NCBI RefSeq assembly: GCF_009914755.1
Contig: NC_060942.1
Length of the DNA stretch: 64,000 bases
Reading direction: 5' to 3' (one strand)
Source of the DNA: the human T2T-CHM13v2.0 reference genome, Homo sapiens
Part shown: positions 62,293-64,000 of the stretch, in pieces
Numbering within the stretch: position 1 is the first letter of the stretch
How the letters are laid out: the number at the start of each line of letters is the position of its first letter
Made by a program: the position numbers and the translations under genes
Notes under the pieces: generated by a model
Databases searched by the model: none
What the model was told of the DNA's origin: nothing
Seen by the model: only the letters and a program-made list of their open reading frames with translations

Positions 62293-63117
62293 TTACAGAG
62301 ACCAACCCCAGTTAGAGACTTCCAGGACCTTCAGAGCAGTTACGTGCTTCCTTCAATCTTTTCCTCCTGACACTAGAAGTTCCGTGGCCCTCCACCCTCT
62401 CCCAACAGCTCCAGTTTGTCTCCTTCCTTTCGCAGACTATCCGTGCTCTGTTTCCTGCTTTGCCTGAATTTCAGCCCGTGTGCTGTGACTTACTGCTTGA
62501 TTTGGGGTCTAGGCTCTGTCTCCCCAGAATCTAACTATAGAAAATGTTTTTAGCCCACACACAGGCACTTTCAGGGACAGGCTTATTAGATGAGGAGCTT
62601 TGGTAGGATTTAAGAAAGCACCTTGAGTGCAAAGCACATTCTAAGCACTCAAACCTGTTACTCTTCCTTTCTCAAATATATGTTGAGCTGAGGAATTGTT
62701 CCAGGTACAGTGGTGAACAAAACAGACACCATCTCTGTCCTCATTCAACTTACAATATAACAGGAAAAAAATACAGTTTTTTACAAAGTAAGGAATTATA
62801 AGTATGCAAGGAGCTGCTCACTCTGTTATTCCTAAGTCCCTGGCCCTTGAGAACTGAACAAGATGGCCTTATCCCCAACCCCAAAGCCTGCAGAACTTCC
62901 TACCGTGTCCAGCCCTGTTTTCCTCCCCTCCCCTATCTCTTCTCTCCTTTAGTACTTCAGGAACTCCAAAATCTTCAGCTCTCCTCAGCTGTGGGTGTAC
63001 CTATATCCACCCAAGCAGTCAGTAAGGAAAAGAAAAAGACTTTCAATTTATCAGAATACACCCTTTCTAGGTGTTTGCAATTATAAATAGAAAATAAAAA
63101 ACTCTAATACACTTTCT

Positions 63118-63170
63118 ATTCCTTCTTTCCTTCCTTCCTGCCCTCTTTCCTTCCTTTCTTCCTTCCTTCA
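63118..63170. repeat. (CTTC)n-like polypyrimidine tract
   Basis: Direct reading. Confidence 0.8.
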
Positions 63171-64000
63171 TTCTAATGCTGACTTCAATTTTCAAAGTGA
63201 GGTTAACTATTTCCAAAAAGGCAGAGAATGAGAGAACTGACCTCATGATTTCCCAGCTGGGAAAACGACTCACTTACAAGCTTGTTAAATATATGTGCTC
63301 CCACTTTACAGAACCACTCTCTTGGAGGAAGGAAAAAAGCCCCAAGACACAGAGGACCACTGGATACCCTTTTGTGTATATGGATTCTAATACTTGAAAA
63401 CTAACCAGAAAAGATGAGGGAGTCACAGCTCCCAATGGGCCATCTTCTTAAGAAGGGGCACAGCTAAAGTGATTTTCCTCTGTTGGTAACTGGTGGGTTT
63501 ATGTTTTTTGTCCAATATGTTTTTCATTAGCATGAGAAATACCAAGAAAAATTTCATATGATAAATGTAAACAGATTAATGAATTGAGAGAAACTGCCAA
63601 CTGTCTTCAGATTGTTAATGGAAACATTATGCTTTCTATTAAATTTACAGACACCTGCATTTGAATAATTAGCTGCTTTTATGAAGCTTGGAAGGAAAAG
63701 AATCTTCCATGTTTGAGTCTAGAGATCTGGAACAGAGTTCGTTCAAAACATGCCTAGAAAATGCTTCAATACTCATAGAGTTATACGAAAACAACTTACA
63801 GCCAAATGGAAAACCAACAGTCTTGAGATTACTAAGATTTGTGAACAAAATTAATACAAGTTTTCCATCTGACAATTTTTGCCAACTAAATTTTACATCA
63901 GATACCTGGGAAGATAGATCCATAATAAAGATACAAAATATTTATTTTGAATTGTTGGAATAAGGAAGAGTAAAAAATAATATATTTTAAAAATCAGGCC

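Noticed and set aside
63688-63963. 91-aa ORF near the window end after an acceptor-like TTTACAG
   Set aside because: TTG start, in-frame stop immediately upstream, no recognisable homology.

Overview
Human non-coding genomic DNA; a human-specific AluYb8 is present. By my rough tally about 40-45% is interspersed repeat: about 28 Alu copies or fragments, 5 L1 segments, 10 LTR elements (MER11, two MER41A, MLT2, MLT1, a MER74/LTR53-like LTR, THE1, MSTB, LTR16, MSTA plus internal sequence), 5 DNA-transposon fossils, many L2/MIR fragments and microsatellites. I recognise no protein-coding gene, RNA gene or pseudogene; the supplied ORFs are repeat-derived or chance-length. The sequence alone does not support a demonstrably new biological system. 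The best leads are four. (1) Several very short minus-strand exon-like cassettes with good splice signals (7, 36, 29 and 23 nt), consistent with an LTR strand bias suggesting a minus-strand host transcript. (2) An age-inverted nesting where old L2 flank sequence sits inside a younger MSTA internal region. (3) An ancient L1 that keeps its 5'UTR and ORF1 but lacks about 3 kb of ORF2. (4) CpG-retaining, repeat-free candidate regulatory segments. Repeat subfamily names come from recalled consensus sequences, not a database run, and boundaries of old repeats are approximate.
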